Notes: generated by a model from the sequence alone, not told the origin. A stretch of DNA of 64,000 nt from Octopus bimaculoides (GCF_001194135.2 NC_068983.1:101453019-101517018), one strand, 5' to 3'; shown: positions 1-13,217, counted from the stretch's first letter. Numbers and translations are program-made.

Positions 1-339
1 GAAATGTATAGTTAAAAGGTTTTTTTCCTCATTACAAACAAGGTTCTATCATAATAAGCCATCTTGAAATAATTATCTCTGAAAAATGATTAAATCCTAA
101 TAAATTCTCTTGTATATTACTGTTTGCAGTATCTTTAAATACTGAAGAAGATCACTGATAATGGGTATGTTAATGATGAATTATTTATTAGGAATCAAAT
201 AGAAAACAAGAAAAATATGTACATCTATATATTGTGGTGACAAAAGATAATGGGAAACTCTGCGAGAACCAAATTAAATATAAGCACATTTTAAGAGGAT
301 TGAATTTCATGATGAGATATTAAAATAGAGACTACTCTA

Positions 340-880
340 AAAAAAGCCTAAGTAGACACCAACAAATTCATAGAGGAGAGAAACCATATCATCATGATAT
401 CTGTGGTAAGTCATTTTCTTAAAGTAACATCTTCACAAATTCCATAGACATTCATACTGGAGAGAGGTTGCATCACATTGATATCTGTAGTGAACCATTC
501 TCTGTAGAATGTAGCTTAACTAACCACTTAGGTATGCACACAGGAAAAAGGCCAATGTCATTGTGATATCTGGTAAATCATTCTCTATAGATAATCACTT
601 AAATCACAAACAGTTTCATGCAGGAGAGAAGCCACATCTTTTTGATATCTGTGGTAAAACATTCACTCCAAGTTATTTGATTTTTCACAAATGTATTCAG
701 ACAGATAAACTATATCTCTGTGATATCTATGGTAAATAATTTTTCCAAACAGATGAGTTAAGTTCTTACATATTCATATAGAAGATAAATCATTTCACTG
801 TGATATCTAAGGTAAATCATTTTTTGAAAAAGGTAGCTTAACTCAACAAAAACTCGTATAGAAAAGAAGCTGTGCTAAAC
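340..880 (+). pseudogene. Decayed tandem C2H2 zinc-finger array (about 6-7 fingers)
   Basis: Repeating [62 protein letters not shown]; stops, frameshifts and lost first Cys. Confidence 0.85.
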
Positions 881-987
881 CATTTTCATACAATGTGACA
901 AGTACTTTTTCATACAGAAGAGTGTGTCTGTTTGATATGTTTTGCTTGAAAGAAATACTTTATTTAACAAGATGTATGATGTGTTCA

Positions 988-1095
988 TAAAGGAGAGAAG
1001 ATACAAATCATAAAGGAGAGAAGATACAAATCATAAAGGAGAGAAGATACAATAAAGGAGAGAAAATACAATATAAAGGAGAAAAGATACACAAG
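988..1095. repeat. About 21-bp tandem repeat (aaggagagaagatacaaatcata)n, about 5 degenerating units
   Basis: Units directly visible. Confidence 0.85.
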
Positions 1096-1764
1096 AGAGA
1101 TGATAACATCTCAATACTGTTCTAAATAACTGCAAATATATCTACAGTGGAGAGATTAACTGATCAGCAATGACACTTTTAATCAAAGCATTTGTTCAGA
1201 ATATTCATATATATTTCATTTTAGAAATTTCTTGAGAGCAGAAAAGATACTACTATTGATTTATTTATTTGGTATTGTGGGCAGATGGCTGAGAAAAGTA
1301 TTCGTTCTAAATCAGAGATTACATTGCTGTATATTTATTCTGCTTTAAATAAAATACACAAATCATAACAGAAAATATTTCATCACACCATAATGTGATA
1401 TATGTATAATATCTTGTATATGTATTCTAAATTTTGTATGTATTCTTTCATATATCTTATGTTTATTCTAGCATGAAATGTAATATATATCTCCTATTAT
1501 GAAAAGGATTGGGTTGTTGGAAAGATCTATATAATTTGTCATTTCATTTATAACATGAATCAATCATATGATGGTTAAGCTGTATGTAAAATTGCATGTA
1601 TTGATATAATCTTCAATTTTTATTTGTACAAGATAGAAAGGTCTACAATAAAGCATATCTTCATATTGTCTTGATCTATGCCATTTCAACAGCGAAGTCC
1701 AGAACTCTGAGATCTAACCTCACCACTCCTTGGTTTACATGTGAATATTTTCAATAAAAACGTG

Positions 1765-1766
<2 letters not shown>

Positions 1767-1798
<32 letters not shown>

Positions 1799-1960
1799 GT
1801 CATCGTCATCGTCATCGTCGTTGTTAAATGTCTGTCTTCCGTGCATGCATGGGTAGGACTGTTGACAGGAGCTGACCAGGTAGAAGACGACCCCAGGCTA
1901 CTGTGTCTGTTTTGGTAGGATTTTTACAGCTGGATGCCCTTCCTAACAACAACCACTTAT
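1767..1960 (-). mobile_element. RTE-3'-end/SINE-like repeat with (CAT)n tail
   Basis: tggatgcccttcctaac core shared with many copies in the window; (CAT)n at 1767-1820. Confidence 0.8.
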
Positions 1961-2224
1961 ATGAATTTTTTTTTTGAATATTATTTCATCTTCATCATCA
2001 TCTTCATCATTTTAATGTCCACTTTCCCAAGCTTGCTTGAGTCGGATAGAGTTTATCGAGGCAGATTTTCTACACCTTGATATCTTTCTTGTCAACAAAC
2101 TCAAGTGTTTCTAAGTGAAGTAATATTTTCCCCATGGCCAAACATGTTCTTGCAAAATATTGGAAAGGAATGACACTGCTTGTATGACAGTGACTGTTGT
2201 TTTATGACAATCATGTGATGTAAA

Positions 2225-2420
2225 GTTAAGGAGACACAAACATACACACACACATATATACAATGAGCTTCTTTCTGTTTACCAAATCCATTCACAAGAA
2301 TTTGGTTAGCCCAGTGTTATTGTGGAAGACACTTACTCAAGGTGTCACATAGTGAGACTGAACCTAAAACTATGTGGCTGGAAAGCAAACTTCTTAACAC
2401 ACAACCATGCCTGCATCTAT
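2225..2420 (-). mobile_element. tRNA-derived CORE-like SINE (partial)
   Basis: Reverse complement of the gcaccttgggcaagtgtctt / gtaaacagaaagaagc family also at 19697, 38860 and 59380. Confidence 0.7.
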
Positions 2421-3033
2421 TTGCATTTGAAAGTATTTAACTAACATCATTTAAATCAAATCCACTTTAGTTTAATAAAATTATATTACCATTTTGCTTC
2501 TGTCAACAGCTACCTCTAGAAATTTTATTTTTTAGGATGAATGCTGTAATAGTGTTGTAAATTATTTCTTTTTCAATAATAACTCTCTACTAAGTGTAAT
2601 ATTGTCAAAGAGGAATTTTAATTGTGTATACTAGAGATAGTTCTATATGCACCATTATATACCCAAAAAGACTTAAGTACAAGAATAACTGCATGGTAAA
2701 ATTTTTTCTGTCTCTGTTCAGTTTTTGTGTTTGCTCATCTATGTCCCAACAGTTTCCATGGTGCTGATACCACCAAATTGAACAATATTGTCAAAAAGTG
2801 TCGAAATGGTTGATAATTGATTGGAAGCTGATGAGAAGTGAAGCATATTTACGTTTGTTTGTGTTATTTTTTATTTAGTTCTTCTATGTCATTTTTTGTC
2901 ACCCCTCTATACCACAATTTTCATTGTGTGTGTGTGTGTGTGTCTTTCCATTGACTTAAGATTGTTTGCACTCTCTGTAGGTTGTGTCACCATGTAGATA
3001 ATGTCATAGTTTACAACTGCTATGAAAACATGT

Positions 3034-4003
3034 CTAGCCATCCACACACTCCATATGCAATATCACTATTGAAACAATGTCTTTACACGTGCTGCAAAGA
3101 GATGTCTTGCGATTCAAAAGACATAGAGGAATAGTATGAGGTGAACAGCTTGCAATTTGAAAGGCATGGGTAAAAAATATCTTAATTGGAATCAAATGAG
3201 GGTTGGCAACAGGAAGGTTGTTCACCCATAAAAATTCCTGCCCCAGTAAGTCTTTATGACTTATGCTAGCATGGGAAAAAACGGGCATAAAACAACAATG
3301 AGAGAAACAGTCATAATTCATACAGGAAAGAAACCATACCACTGTGGTATGGTGAATTGTACTTTTAATGTTCTGAAATAATAAACAGAAATCTATTAAA
3401 CAGGGCATACTCCAAGAAGGTATGTCACTGTCATACCTATAGAAATGTTCTGTTGCAGTTATCTTTTCACCATGGGTATATTCATAGAAAAGTATATATA
3501 AAAAAAAAACAACAATGCTCCAGTACTATGTTCTGTGTAAACCATCCAGGTGTCTACATCATAATATTCTAAACACACAGTTCTCTGTACTTCACTTCAT
3601 TTCTACAATTATCTGTATGCAAGAGTCATCAAATTGCAACTACACATATTATCTTCACAGCAGATAACAAAGTCATGACATCTTTATCTCTTTCAATAGT
3701 GCAAACACTCAAATGTTACACTACCCAGACAAAAATGTTGTACCACATTCATTCTGCTCATGAATAACTCAAGCTCTCATAATTGCTTCAAATTCTATGC
3801 TGGATATCTTTGATGATATATAATATTCCACTCCTGCAAGGTATACAACATTGCATCACAAATACTAAGATTCATCTGTGGAGTCAGGAAATACTTCCAC
3901 ACTGATCACTTGCTAATTCTACAAAAAAGCTCAAATAAGGGCACATCTATGCATTGGGGATGTAATTCTTGGAGACAATTTGTCAGACAAATATTCCAGA
4001 ATG
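3034..4003. repeat. About 970-bp direct duplication, copy 1 (copy 2 at 5623-6582)
   Basis: Collinear near-identity from tctagccat.. to ..atattccagaatga; contains a SINE fragment and an IHTGKKPYHC zinc-finger linker. Confidence 0.92.
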
Positions 4004-4768
4004 AAACAGTTGGTTGCAGCTGTTTGGATGCTGATGATTTGGCATGGCTGATTGGACATTCAAACTATATTGGCACTGGAGGCAAATATGCATCAAATCA
4101 GTTATGCCTAAATGATTGAGCCAAAATGTCTCATAAACCAAATACTCAATGACAAATAAACTTCAGCCATGAGCTCAAAAGCACACTCTTTTATCACTGC
4201 CGTAATAACCTCTATGTTTCTGTGAATTAGCTTGCTACATACCAAGTCCCACCTATTTCATTCTCCTCTTCCTGTCTCTCTTGGGGTAAAAAACTAAGCG
4301 CTTTACTCAATCCTTCCTTTTTACCACACCTGTCCTGTAAAATTCTTTTTTCTGCCCATGTTTTTCCTACAGATCTTCAAAATCAATATCGACACTAATC
4401 TTCCCAGTTGAGAAGACTTGCAAAATTCATGGCCATCCCTCCTTCTCCTCCACCTCCTCTTTTCACTAACTCAAGCAAACAACAACCAATATATAACTTA
4501 ACACTGAGATTTTTTATAAAAATAGTTTTTCAGTATATTCCTTATATATTCTGTGTAACAAATTTCCTGAAGGGAGAAGAGATGTTATTGATTATTTGAC
4601 ATTGTATGCAGATAACAGAAATTTATTCTCATAATTAGTGGTAACATCATTATACTGTTATTTCATAAAAAGTTTATTTAATGTGTTCAAGCTCAGCAAC
4701 ATTGTCACCATTGATAAAAATGTTGACTCAAAAAAAAAATAATTATAAAATAATAAAATAAAATGATT

Positions 4769-5622
4769 AAAAAAATTATTAGCTAAATGTCAACTAAAAT
4801 ATTTTAATAACAGGGTCATGCCCAACTTGTGATACCAACCAAACATCTTCAATCTCTTGTTAATAATTAGAGGTATAAGTTTATAAGGAAATACAGCAAG
4901 TATACTAAATATTGACATATATATATATAGTTGAAATTTATAGAAAAACAAAAAACGAAGACAAGTGTATGAACAACAAGCAGGTGAATTAGTTTGACAC
5001 TTGGGAAAATGAAAAGTCTTTTACATTTGGAGCCTACGCTCTTCAACAGAAAGGAATAAGAGAAAATAAACAGAGAGAGAATTAAAAAAACCTGCAGATT
5101 TCGTGGTCAAGCATGGCAACAAATTAGAAAAAAAGTTTGAAAGAAGAGATTGGAAGAAAGGGAGATAATAAAGTGATGGTGATCCCACATGAAGGTGTGT
5201 ATGTGAGAATTGTGTGTGAATGTGTGTGTGTGAATAGGGGCTAGTCACTTTGACGTGTGTGGATATGTGCATGTGTGTGTGCGTCTGTAACATGTGGCTA
5301 TTCATATACATATATATATGTGTGTGTATGTATATAATATATTTAGAGAATGTTAGTTATGACCAGTTCATAGGGTTACCCAGGGTTTCACATCCATAAA
5401 GCACTTAGCTTTACACACATCTTGTCAGACCCTAATGGCCAGTAGCTATAACTAACATTCTCTAAATACACACACACACACACATAGTATGCTTGCTGTA
5501 TTTTCTAATAAACTTATACCTCCAATTATTAACAAGAGATTTGAGATGTTTGGTTGGTATCACAAGTTGAGCATGGCTCTGATATTAACATATTTTAGTT
5601 AATATTTAGCTAATAATTTTTT
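4769..5622. repeat. Inverted repeat, arms about 4769-4908 and 5485-5622, enclosing a second 21-bp perfect IR (5340-5360 / 5448-5468)
   Basis: cccaacttgtgataccaaccaaacatc.. versus ..gatgtttggttggtatcacaagttg; tatttagagaatgttagttat versus ataactaacattctctaaata. Confidence 0.88.
4915..5075 (-). mobile_element. Penelope-like terminal-repeat fragment with hammerhead-like motif (family B), ending in (TA)n
   Basis: Minus strand CTTT-CTGTTGA-A-GAGC-GTAG-GCTC-cAAA-tGT-A-AAAG; homologous copy at 40210-40345. Confidence 0.6.
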
Positions 5623-6582
5623 CTAGCCACCTACACATTGTGTATGCAATATCACTATTGAGACAACATCTTGGTTTACACCTGCTGCAATGAGATGTCT
5701 TGCAATTCATAAGACAAAGAGGAATAGTATGAGGTGAACAGCTTGCAATTTGAAAGGCATGGGTAAAAAATATCTTAATTGGTATCAAACGAGGGTTGGC
5801 AGCAGGAAGGTTGTTCACCCATAAAAATTCCTGCCTCAGTAAGTCTTTATGACTTATGTTATCATGCAAAAAATTGGCATAAAATAACGAGAGAAACAGT
5901 TATAATTCATACAGGAAAGAAACCACACCACTGTGGTATGAAGAATTGTACTTTCAATGTTCTGAAATAATAAACAGAAATTTATTAAACAGGGTATACT
6001 CCAAGAAGGTATGTCACTCATACCTATAGAAATGTTCTGTTGCAGTTATCTTTTTACCATGGGTATATTCATAGAAAAGTATATATAAAAAAACAACAAC
6101 AATTCCCCAGTACTATGTTCTGCATAAACCATCCAGGTGTCTACATCATTATATTCTAAACACACAGTTCTCTGTACTTCATTTCTACAATCATCTATAT
6201 GCAAGAGTCATCAAATTGCAACTACACATATTATCTTCACAGCAGATAACAAAGTCATGACATCTTTATCTCTTTCAATAGTACAAACACTCAAATGCTA
6301 CACTACCCAGACAAAAATGTACTACATTCATTCTACTCATGAATAACTCAAGCTCTCATAATTGCTTCAAATTCTATGCTGGATATCTTTGATGATATAT
6401 AATATTCCATTCCTGCAAGGTATACAACATTGCATCACAAATACTAAGATTCATCTGTGGAGTCAGGAAATACTTCCACACTGATCACTTGCTAATTCTA
6501 CAAAAAAGCTCAAATAAGGGCACACCTATGCATTGGGGATGTAATTCTTGGAGACAATTTGTCAGACAAATATTCCAGAATG
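5623..6582. repeat. About 960-bp direct duplication, copy 2
   Basis: Collinear with 3034-4003. Confidence 0.92.
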
Positions 6583-6899
6583 AGACATAACTTTCTCTAA
6601 ATGCTCTACTGCTCTATAACTTAGAGCATGCTTCTCTTTTGGATTTATAATTTAATGAAGATGAAAAGCATAAACAAAACATGGTCCTTTTTCTGAAATT
6701 ACAAAATCTGAAAGTTTGTTGAGCAAGAGAAGCACTGCAAACAGAAAAATTCCCTAAAGTATTTAGAAATTTTGTGGGCTATTCATTAGGCTGTCAGATG
6801 TTGAAAATTCTTGAAAATACCCTACAGATATCACTATGGGTAACTGTGAAAAGAGAGGAAGAATAATTATCAACAGTATAGAAAATGAAGCTACTGGAA

Positions 6900-7720
6900 A
6901 AATTCAACAGTTAGTGTAAATGTGTATTCAACTGAGGAGCTTGGTGTTGGAATAATCTAAGAAGCTAAAAAAAATTGAAGTTCTTTGCTGAAAGTGTTGA
7001 CAGAAATTAATGAAAAATGTAAAAAAACATTGCATACACCAAAACCTGAAGATCTTTATCATATGAGGACAAAGTGTATTTGTCTATGTTGAAGTGAACA
7101 AGTACTGTTTAACAGACTGATGATCACCAGACAAGCAAAAGTTTGTCATAATGAATAAAATATTGAAAAACAGCTGTGAATGTTCTCAAAAATTTGATAT
7201 GGTATCAGTTGATCATGAAGCAGACAAAAAAATTCATTGAAGAGTTTGCAAAGATAATCACTTTTAAATTATTAACAGCAGAACAAGTATATAATGCTGG
7301 TGAAACATTGTTCTGGAATTATTGCCTTAAGAAACATTTGTTATAGCTGATGAGAGCTCAACTTCTGGAGCTAGGGATACCAAGGACCAGTTAACTCTGC
7401 TGGTATATGCTTATGTAGCAGGAACTGAATTACGTAAATTTGCTGTGATAGGTAAAAGCTTCTCAGTTTTAAAGTTGTAAATACTTTATCTGTGCAGTAT
7501 TACTCTATCAAAAGAACAAGGATCACAAGGCAATTTTTCTGATTGGTTTATCAAACATTTTGTACCAACACTTGTACCTGCTACAGAAAACAAGGACTAA
7601 ATAACAAGAGAAAGATATTTTTTTTTAATTCTTAGATTGCTATTCTGCTAATTTTCCTGTTGAACATCTATACTTCATCCAGATTTGAAATCATTATTTC
7701 AACCATGTAACCAAAAGCAT
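6900..7720 (+). mobile_element. pogo/Tigger (CENP-B/DDE_1-type) transposase fossil
   Basis: Broken frames give LTEELGVG (HTH), KKTLHTPK, LTAEQVYNAGETLFWNYC, KDQLTLLVYAYVAGT; many stops. Confidence 0.7.
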
Positions 7721-9120
7721 CATTGGATAAAAACAATTTCTTGAGTTTTTCTCCAACTACACGAGTTTATGTTTTGAAATAAGCTGGAGAGACAGAGTAA
7801 GAGTGAGAGGTAAATTAAATGTGTGTGGGTGAGAGAGGAGATGGGTAGAAAGTTAGGAGAGTGAGAATGAAAACTAGATTTTACAGGAAGGAGAGATAGA
7901 GAAGGAAGAGTAAGACCACTTATCAAAATTGTTGACATCTCGTTCTCTATCTTTTTGAAATGTATACTAGCAAATAGAATAATAATTTAAACAGTGGAAA
8001 ATCTTTGAACTTCATAATTCAAAATAGGATTTGTTGTGCAATTTTATGACTAATTTAACAATTTTGCCATATTTATCAGTACACAATGGAAGCAATATTT
8101 TCCCCCAATGAACTGTGTCAAAAGAAGGAATACTAATTTTCTATAAACTAATGCTATAAAAGATAGATTACTTGCAATCTATTTCTAGAAATGTTATGGA
8201 ATGTGCTATGTGCGAGCATAGAGAAAAAAATTATCATGGACTTGGAAGAAAGTGTTGTGAACAAAAGACACTTGGAATAAAACTCTCAAAATAAGGAATC
8301 ATTTACTCTTACATAAAAGGAAGTAACATATTGCCATATTTCTAGTTCAACTCAATATTTTTATAATCTGGGGTTTTATTCTAGGGGCATACTTACACAT
8401 GCACATACACAGACTAAAATTAGTTGTATATGTATGAGAGAGAGTGGAGGTTATGTGCTTTTGCATGCATGCCATTAGCATTCATGTGTGTTGGAGTGTG
8501 TGTATGCGTACATATTCATGTGCCAGTAGCGTTTATTTCACTTTCTCTCTCTCTCTGTCTCTCTTTTATTATTTTCCAGACAATTTAATGCATGTATCTT
8601 AGAACAAGTTATTGTCATGAAGACTGAACATTTATCTATTCATTATCTATATATTGATAACTGTGTTCCTGACTCCTCCTTTGTAAAAATGTGTTAAACG
8701 GAATGTCCTGGATACAGAGTTTTTCCAACAGACTGCATATCAATTACTGTCTTCCTAACTTTCTTCATAAAAGGTGTGTAATATATCCCAGATACAGGTG
8801 TTACCAGCTATTTAATATCAAGTGCTTTTTAAATTATTTTATTATCAAAATGGTGGACAATGATCATAGAGCACAGCAGTGAGAATTAAATCAAGAGAAA
8901 CAGAGAAGATATAGGGAAGAACTGGGGGAAGGGTAAAGAGAAGGGACAAGAATTAGGAATACAGAGAGGAGAGTCGGGAATGATGAGAAATATTAACTCA
9001 GGAGGAAAGGAATGAAATTAATGCAAGAAAGGGAGCTAGAAGTTGTCATATCATGAACAATAAAGCTGAAGCTAATATGGAAAGAATGACAATTGTTAAT
9101 TAGGAAAGACATCAAAACAT

Positions 9121-9518
9121 GAACAAGAGTACTCAGGGAATGCAAATCTCCACCAAGGCAACACCAACGTCCTCTCAACGATTAGCCGAAGATGATTTTT
9201 AAAATGAGAATATCTGAAATAAACTCGACTGCTCTCACAAATGGAAATACTAAAACTGAACTCGACCACTCTTAAAAATTAAGTAAAAAGACAGGAAAAA
9301 TAATCCAAAACCTTTGTCCGGTACCGGATTGATCCCCAAATCTAATCAGTTTGTGCTAGTCATGAGGCCAAACATCCCTGAAAGTTTCATTTGAATCCAT
9401 CCAGTGGTTCCTGAGATACTTTGTCGACAGAAAAACAAACAAACAAACACAACTGAAAAACAGTACCTCCGCCTTAGCTAAGGCGGAAGTATCCACCTTA
9501 GTGAAGGCGGAGGTAATA
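9121..9518 (-). mobile_element. Putative non-autonomous Helentron-type element (HINE/DINE-1-like)
   Basis: Terminal palindrome tacctccgccttagctaaggcgga (duplicated), subterminal ctccaccaagg, (ACAA)n microsatellite next to an atctcaggaaccactggatggattcaaatgaaacttt core. Confidence 0.5.
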
Positions 9519-11740
9519 ATGATAGGTAAGAATATTTTGCATGAGCCAGAATGATAAAACAGGCTAGAAGAGAAAATATGACTGAAGAGAATAGGCAAGA
9601 TTTCCTGGAAATAAATCAAAAGATTAAGAAATTGAAGACAGAATATTTTACAGAGTGGAAGGATATGGGTAGTGGAATTATCATGGGTATTGCTAGTAAA
9701 TAATTCTTTTGTCTAGGTACAAGGCATCAGTACTTTGAAACTTATTATTGTTATTTAGCCAGAGGTCAGCTGTGGTTAAGTAAACCTATGATCAAAAGCA
9801 TTCCAGTCATGACTATCCTATCTATTCTACTTGTGAACTTCATTGTGAAATTCATGGTCTTTTTTAAGACCATGTGGTGTGATTTGAAAAAGATTTTGTT
9901 GCAATTTCAAGCATGTCAAGTGGCCACACAGACGTAAGGGCTCTCTCTTGGGATTGATATTTTTACAGTTGAGTGAATGGATGGTATGTTGTTTATGTCC
10001 TTCTTAAGAGCATAAGGAGTACAAACAAGGGGAATCTACTTCAATCAAAATAGAAATCTCCAACTAATTCAACACCATTTTTAGTGCTAACTCAACACTA
10101 TTTTTAACATAATAATTTTTTACATCGACACAATGATGATGTGCATTATAGAGGAAGACTAATTAGTAGAATATCTTTTTGAAGGAAAAAATTCACTGAG
10201 GTTAATTACTTAATTTACTATCTCCAACTTTACAACAAATATGACTACAAAACTGAAAATCATTATTGATAATTGTTTACAGTTCTGAGGAAGTTGCAAG
10301 CAATAGATCAAATATTCAATCTTCCCACCCTTTCCGTTTTTTACTTAAACATACTCTAAAAAATAGTAACTCCAGTTAGCACTCACCCTTAACGATCATT
10401 TAGCTTTTAAGAAAATTGAAGTAGAAGGACTATTTTCTAAACTTTTTAAAAAATTTCATTCAAGGAAACATTGATTTTATTAGTGGTGGCATAGTTTTGT
10501 AAATACTGCAGTAAGGAAACCACTCAAGTGTAGACAGAAATTCTACTTAAACTGATGTCTTTATAGAAATTAATCAAAATGTCGGCTGCTAAAAACAATC
10601 AAAACCGTTGACGAGATAAAGACTGCATAAAGATTTCCGTTTGTTTTTTGGCTTTTCGTTCTTCGTCTTTTTTATTTTATTTTTCCTATTTTTAGTAATG
10701 TTATATTTTGTTTATTCTTATTCTTTTATTCAGTCTTGTCTCTTATATTGTTATCCTATTCAGTCACATGAGCTGCTGAACGTTTTAGTGTTCTTTACAA
10801 ATCATACAAACTAATCAATATCTATCTATTATGTCAGGTGTCATAATTAATCGGCATTCTTTCGATATGGATATTTTATCTAGGCAAATACCCTCTCTGT
10901 AGGGTAGGTCAGTTTTTGCATTTTATTTTCATTCTTTTTTTTTTTATTCTTTTCTTGTCTATCTGACAAATTACTGCTTTAATCTTTCATACAGAACATT
11001 GTGATATATTCTAAAGAACACTTAGATTGCATATATGATAGTGAAACAGTGATGTTCACCTGTTGTAGCTTTTATTTTGAAATCAATAACAGAAAAAAAA
11101 ATTGAGCATATCATGAACATTAAAAAAAGCATTCATTAATAGTTTAAGAAGTCTTCTGAAAAGTGGTTAGAATATGAGTTTTTAGAAATGCATTTCTTGT
11201 TGAAAATTATGAGTTTCTATACAAAAAAAAATATCAAACTGAAGTTGCAGATAAAACTTCTCAGTAATGCTGATTGACATTTTCTCTGATCAGCTTACAT
11301 GCCTAACATTATCATTTTCCTGAAGAAAGTCTTTCTAAGCTACTGGAAAGAAAGAATATTGATGCAATCACAGGACTCATTCAAAGAAAGAGGAAAACAC
11401 ATGAAAAGAAAAGATTTGCATGTTATCTTTAAAAGATTTTATTTATTAATAGAAAACTTTAAAGAAGATTTCATGCTTTCTTTCAGAATCCACTAAAATG
11501 TCTTTAGTCTACCGTGACGCTTCAGTGTATGTAAATCCTCTTGGAGAAATTAATGCCACTTCAGTAGAAACGATTAGTTGAGAAAATAAGTCTAGAGAAT
11601 GCAAACTATTTGAGATTCTAGTATTTTGCTAAATCTTTATTTCTTTTGGTTCCTTACAACATGCCTAACTTAGCATGTGGAAAGTTAATTTTATAAGTAA
11701 TCAATCAGAGAAAGCAGAATTACTTTGAACTAAGAAAATA

Positions 11741-13217
11741 TTAGGTTGACAACTAAGTTTCTGCCGTTTTTTTTAAATTAAAAATTTTTAAAAGGTTTAA
11801 TAAAAANNNNNNNNNNNNNNNNNNNNNNNNNNNNNNNNNNNNNNNNNNNNNNNNNNNNNNNNNNNNNNNNNNNNNNNNNNNNNNNNNNNNNNNNNNNNNN
11901 NNNNNNNNNNNNNNNNNNNNNNNNNNNNNNNNNNNNNNNNNNNNNNNNNNNNNNNNNNNNNNNNNNNNNNNNNNNNNNNNNNNNNNNNNNNNNNNNNNNN
12001 NNNNNNNNNNNNNNNNNNNNNNNNNNNNNNNNNNNNNNNNNNNNNNNNNNNNNNNNNNNNNNNNNNNNNNNNNNNNNNNNNNNNNNNNNNNNNNNNNNNN
12101 NNNNNNNNNNNNNNNNNNNNNNNNNNNNNNNNNNNNNNNNNNNNNNNNNNNNNNNNNNNNNNNNNNNNNNNNNNNNNNNNNNNNNNNNNNNNNNNNNNNN
12201 NNNNNNNNNNNNNNNNNNNNNNNCGGCGGGTGTGGCAGCACTTCCCAGCCATGCGTTTGAATGACTTGCTTGGTCATATTGGCGATATGAGGGCAGGCGT
12301 TGTTGTACAGCAGAAGAACTCCATGCTGTCAATTAGGTCTTTTCTCTTGAATAGCCGTGTTGAGTCGTTCCATCTGCTGAACATACAGTTCCGCGGTGAC
12401 TGTTTGGTTCTGTTCAAGCAACTTGTAATGGATAATCCCTTCCTAGTCCCACCATATGCACAACATCGTTTTACGCGGATGAATATTTTGTTTCACGCGC
12501 AATGTTGCTTGTTTACCAGGGCTAAGCCATTCCTTATGCTGCTTCATATTGATGTACAGGCACCATTTTTCGTCGCCAGTAACGATTTGGTAAAGAAATC
12601 ATTGCTTGTGTCCATGAGTTGAACGGTGATGAGCAAGCAAGCCAGCGGAGATTGTGGCTCGTTGATTTTTGTTGTTGTCACTTAAAGCATGTGGAACCCA
12701 TGCTCCATACTTCTGAATCTTTCCTATCGAGTGAAGATGCTTCTCCATAGCAGTGTGGGAGCATTCCATTTTCTCTGCCAGTTCCCTTGTCGTTTGACGA
12801 GAATTTTTGTGCAAAAGTTGGTTTAATAGCTCTTCATTGAACTCAACTGGATGGCCAGAATGAGGTGCATCTTTGAGGTCAAAATTTCCATTTTTGAACT
12901 TGGCATACCAATCACGAGCGGTTCTTTCAGCTATGGCACCCTCTCCAGACACAACACAAATGTTGCCAGCAGCTTTTCCGGCCTTACAAACAAAAAGGAG
13001 GAGGTGTCGAAAATGCTCGTTTTTCTTAACTTGACATTCCATTTTAATGATCTGAAAATAAAGAAAAAATTAATTAAAATTAACAAGAAAAAAGAAACAA
13101 AATAGATTCCAAAATGATTCAAAAATAGAATTCTCGAAAAAAATAGATTCCAAAATTTAAAAACGCAGTAAATTCCAAAATTTAAAAAATATGGCAGGAA
13201 CTTAGTTGCCAACTCAA
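11741..13217 (-). mobile_element. Mariner transposon with both TIRs and TA TSDs; inactive, with an internal assembly gap
   Basis: TIRs ttaggttgacaactaagtttctgcc and (minus) ttgagttggcaactaagttcctgcc; TA at 11739-40 and 13218-19; WVPHAL, IVTGDEKW and GWEVLPHPP motifs; in-frame stops; second catalytic D altered (YNNACPH). Confidence 0.93.
11807..12223. other. Assembly gap (N run)
   Basis: Ns. Confidence 1.

Noticed and set aside
11753-12332. Long ORFs 11753-12277, 11778-12332 and 11797-12252
   Set aside because: Artefacts of translating through N; only the mariner portion is real.
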